From Octopus vulgaris (taxonomy: Eukaryota), in assembly GCA_951406725.2 (NCBI GenBank), contig OX597816.1, positions 122,450,001 to 122,514,000 of the forward strand: DNA of 64,000 nucleotides. The letters are read 5' to 3'. Under the pieces are notes generated by a model. The model saw only the letters and a list, made by a program, of their open reading frames with translations. It did not search any database and was not told the DNA's origin. Below are positions 56,242 to 64,000 of this stretch, in pieces. Position 1 is the stretch's first letter; the number at the start of each line of letters is the position of its first letter. The position numbers and the translations under genes were made by a program.

Positions 56242-56376
56242 CTAGATCCTTACGGCCGTTTCTGCCAAGAGGCAACGAAATCTTCCAGGTTATCTCCATC
56301 TCTTCTGTGTGATGTAGGGATGATCAGGTAAGGCTTGGTTAATGAATGTGCCTCTAGGCTTCTTCAGAGAGTCTAG
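56242..56376 (-). ncRNA. Type I hammerhead with extended stem II in a solo pLTR-like segment (~55984-56630)
   Basis: ctagactct-CTGAAGA-a-gcctagaggca...tgcctcttggc-a-GAAAC-ggcc-GTA-aggatctag. The element's 3' end runs into (TA)n at about 55984. Confidence 0.8.
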
Positions 56377-57339
56377 GTGGTTATGAGGTGGGGGCGAACA
56401 TATATAAAAACAGTTAATAATAGCTACAGTGGTGTTTGTCTTTTTAAGAATAGAGTAGAAGAAGAATAGGGGTAAAAATAAGAACTAGCATAAGGATGTA
56501 AGTTAAGTACATCTTAGTATAATGATTTGGGTATAGCAACGGGAAATAAAATACAGACTTCCCGTGATTTATTATGGGATTCATGTTAATTCTCCAGTGG
56601 TGGATAGGGGGATATATTCACCTAAAATACACGTAAAATACATGCATACATACACATACATACACACACAAATACACACACATACACATCTTTATGAATA
56701 GTTAGTTTCATATAGTATATATCAAACATACTATGAATTAGTCAAAGTCTACAAATAAGTAGCAAACGTCTAAGGTTCTAAATGAAGGTTAAATACCATT
56801 TCGTTAACTTCCCAATTAACACATACAGTTACTAGAATTTACGAAGCAATAGACAGAAGTCATAAAAGAATCTTCATAATGGACTTTATTATAGTTATCT
56901 ATATATGGTGAGATATGAAAAATTACCCATGCAAATAATTGTCTGCAGTAATCTGTCCAGACAGTGTAAGCAATGAATATTATATCAAATATATATGGTC
57001 TTTTTGTTGTAATTAACATGATACATTTTATTGGTTGTAATATAAATAATCACAGAACTTTCCTTTTGTTTCGTGACAGTCAATACTACTTAATTGTGGT
57101 TCTTCGTTAGAGGGATCAGCAGCCAACAGCTAATGGAAGCGCAAATAACCAATAAGTAATAATTATAAGTAATAGCTGCCGACTTATGAATAAAATCAAA
57201 TAAAAAAGAAAAAAGCAACATTAAAAAAGTGAATTAAATAGTCACCATTTGTAAGCAGATAGCAGTCTGAGTATAAAGAGCTGTCGTATATAAATGTGGT
57301 TGGGCATGTCTTTCAGTACTATTGTTCGCAAATTAGCTT

Positions 57340-58457
57340 GATCGGGAAGGCACAGGCATATGCCGTTTCCCGGTAGAACCATTCAGGATAATCTCCATCT
57401 TCTACGGTACACTGTAGAAGGGTTTCATAATGATTCTTGCAAGGGACAGTGGTCGATTTAGACCAATCAACGGCTTTTGATAATGTAGACCATCATTACC
57501 TGGTCTCCGTTCTAGCACAGTTCGGCCTGGGTATTAGCTTCCTCGGGTGGATCATTGAAATTTATAACAATATCGACTCGGTAGTTCGGGTTAACGGCTT
57601 TTTATCTAAGCCGCTCAGCTTCAAACTCTCGGTTCGTCAAGGGTGTCATCTCTCCCCGCTTTTGTATGTAATGGCTCTTGAGCCATTGCTGCAAAAATTG
57701 AGCCAGGGAGGGCGGAGGTGGCCAATGTGTTCATCGCATCGGTCATCACCTACCGCCTAACCGTCGTTCCCTGCCCTGATTCGTGGTTGAGCAAGCTGGA
57801 AAGACAGCTCTTTCGCTTCTTGTGGAAGGGTTCGAATACGCTTGTGAGACGCTCTGTTTGCTGACAACAACCGTTAAAGGGTGGGATACGGATGCCTTGG
57901 CTGATGATATGCAGGCACGCGCTGAGGTTGAGGCATCTGTGGCTCCATCTGGATGGTGATCTGGTGTGGTCTCCGCTGGCGAAACAGTTGTTTCTCAAGT
58001 TCACTTGCTTCGGTGGACTGGAGATCTGGTTCTATCGTAGATCAAAGTTGGGTACATGGTGTACGGAGTGTCGTAAGGCTCTCCGGATATTCCATCTCTC
58101 GGGCAACACCTGCAGTAGTGGTTCTACCACATTGTTCTATAGAGGGTTGGTAGAGGCGAAATGTGACGATAGTTTGGGGAAGCCCTAGGTCTCGACAATA
58201 ATCAGCTGGCCAATCTGTTCCAACGTACATTCGGGCCGAAGACACTGGATAACTTCCAGATGTTTTTGGCATGGCAATGTTACCGAGGAGCCTTACCTGT
58301 CCGGGACAAACTCGCAATCATGGTGGCCCTAACCCACCGACCTGTCCAAGATGTGGACGAGTCAGGGAAACCGTCCAGCATGCTATTGTTCAGTGTTTGG
58401 TGGTTTCAGATGTGTGGGTTTATGCCGAACAACTATTGTCTAGTACAGGAAGAGTTC
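57340..58457 (+). mobile_element. Tx1/L1-clade LINE ORF2 fragments
   Basis: DLDQSTAFDNVDH...SVRQGCHLSPLLYVMALEPLL, LFRFLWKG, LAWQCYRGALPVRDKL, CPRCGRVRETVQHAIVQC. Confidence 0.85.
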
Positions 58458-58797
58458 AGCCGAGCCAAGCCGAGCTGAGCCGAGCCGAGCCGAGCCGAGC
58501 CGAGCCGAGCCGAGCCGAGCCGTAACAGTGACACCAATGGCCTAGCGTCGACTGTGGGCCTGTGGCTGTGTACAATGCCTCAATGTGGCCCAGAGCGAGC
58601 TCTGGTCGCCATAGCGTCGACTGTGGGCCTGTGGCTGTGTACAGTCGCCTCAATGTCGCCCAGATCTTTGCCTCTGACACTCCATGGACCCTAAGTAAGG
58701 CATGTGTAAAATTTGAATGAAATTGGTTGTGTAGTTCTCAACTTTTAGGGATTCACGCATACAGACAGACACACATTCTCAGTTTCATATATATAGA
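58458..58797 (-). mobile_element. Helitron-like 5' portion with a 69-bp internal tandem repeat and (GCCGA)n
   Basis: Minus-strand TC start, and ~110 bp homologous to 59420-59525. Repeat units start at 58543 and 58612. (gccga)n at 58458-58522. No 3' CTAG found. Confidence 0.6.
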
Positions 58798-58823
58798 TAT
58801 ATGTATGTGTGTGTATATATATA

Positions 58824-62455
<3,632 letters not shown>

Positions 62456-62489
62456 ATATATATCAACTCGTGTGTTCCTTTTCACCCTT

Positions 62490-62564
<75 letters not shown>

Positions 62565-62584
62565 GGATATATATATATATATCG

Positions 62585-62632
<48 letters not shown>

Positions 62633-63626
62633 CATATATATATGCGTGTGTGTGTTGGAAAAGTAAGGATAAAAACAAGCTTATATTAAAGTTATGAAGT
62701 GCATTTCACTATTATGTATATATAATGCAATGCATACATTTTGGTATATATATGTAGTTGTTGTAGGGGAAGAAATGAAAGCTCCAAATGGCTGAAATCG
62801 AGTTTAAACTTGTCAATATATTAATTCTTATGTGACATTTGATGTGCGTACAGCGAGAACACTTGCTGCTTTGTTTTCGATAGTGCTTGTATCAAACTGG
62901 CCCGATCCGATGGCTGACAATCGTGCTGTTTTCACATCCTGTCATCATCTGACGTTCATTATTGTTACTTGATGTTAGATTGCTTCCTGCCAACCCGTCG
63001 AAGCATCACCGACCCACTCATCTCACAAATTATTGTGACCTACACCATCCAGTCCAACATTAGCCAATAAGCCCATTCATTGCTCTGCAATTCAGTTTTC
63101 CTCCGATATATTCCTCCCTCTACTCACCTTTTTCTGCAAATATTAACCTACCACAATTTAAACAGAACATCAAGGGTTTCAAATCCATGTGTCTCAGACT
63201 AAGGGGCAGTATTTGACCAAATATTATTTACATTCTATCTCTACAAACTTTCACATTTTTACATGAGTGAGTGTGGGCGTGTGTGTATTTGTATGTTTCT
63301 GTACACATTCACACACGCACGCACACATACTCAAATACACACATGCACAAAGTATATTTGAAAGGTTACATTTGAATGTGCATACATGCGTATATAGTTT
63401 CTTGCACACCGGTAGTCACATATGCAAACACTCATTTAAGGATACCTGCACAAAAATGGAATAAATTTCATGCCTGGGAGGGTAACTTTCTAGGTGCAAT
63501 TCCACGGTTAGTCGTGACCGAAGGTGGTCTCAGCATATATAAAATAAAGTAGGGAAATGGAAATCGTCTAGTATTATTTATTCTTCATTACATGTGTTTC
63601 ATTTTCTGATAGGAAGCACATGAATT

Positions 63627-64000
63627 TACGAGAGGTTACCCAAACCTAAACGAACACCTTCTCTGTGGGCCAAGCCTGTTGCTGTTCAGGCTTCCGCTGC
63701 TAGAGGCCACTTGATGCGACTCTCAGGCATCAGTCTGCCAACCGGCGTCGTTGAGTGAAGCCGTACCGCCACGTCATGCATCTTTGTTTTACAGTGCTTC
63801 TCTCCTATTCCTCGATTTTTGCGATGGCCGAAACGAAGCAACAGCGTGCTTCCTTGAAACAGCGTGCTTCCGCGAAACAATGTGCTTCCGTGAAATTCTG
63901 TTTTCTGCTGGGGAAAACGGCGGCCGAAACTGCTGTCCTGCTTCAAAGAAATTACACGAACACTGCCATGAGCAAAGCACAAGCTTGCGAGTAGTCTTCA
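63627..64000 (+). mobile_element. mariner-like transposon 5' part (runs off the window)
   Basis: TA|cgagaggt TIR-like start and MAETKQQRAS...VKFCFLLGKTAAETAVLLQRNY...MSKAQACE (mariner HTH), followed by a stop. Confidence 0.8.

Noticed and set aside
58543-58664. Repeat-spacer-repeat pattern superficially like CRISPR
   Set aside because: Only two ~52-bp units, inside a Helitron-like element in eukaryotic DNA, with no cas genes.

Overview
AT-rich, microsatellite-dense eukaryotic (animal) DNA with no host protein-coding exon I can recognise. The tRNA-derived SINE families resemble those of octopus/coleoid cephalopods (inference). The window is a mosaic of mobile elements: several R4/Dong-type RT + restriction-like-endonuclease LINEs sitting in (TAA)n runs; a near full-length, relatively GC-rich CR1-group LINE; Tx1/L1 and CR1 fragments; at least five Penelope-like element (PLE) remnants with C-terminal GIY-YIG domains; non-autonomous Helitrons; Tc1/mariner remnants; SINEs; and a 5S rRNA pseudogene. 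The most striking signal is non-coding. About eight loci match the minimal type I hammerhead ribozyme (HHR) found in PLE pseudo-LTRs. Several sit in fold-back (inverted-repeat) insertions of about 0.13-2.8 kb whose two 3' ends point outward into (TA)n runs. One HHR carries a compensatory U3-A8 core pair in both arms. All structure calls were made by eye, and coordinates of decayed elements are approximate.
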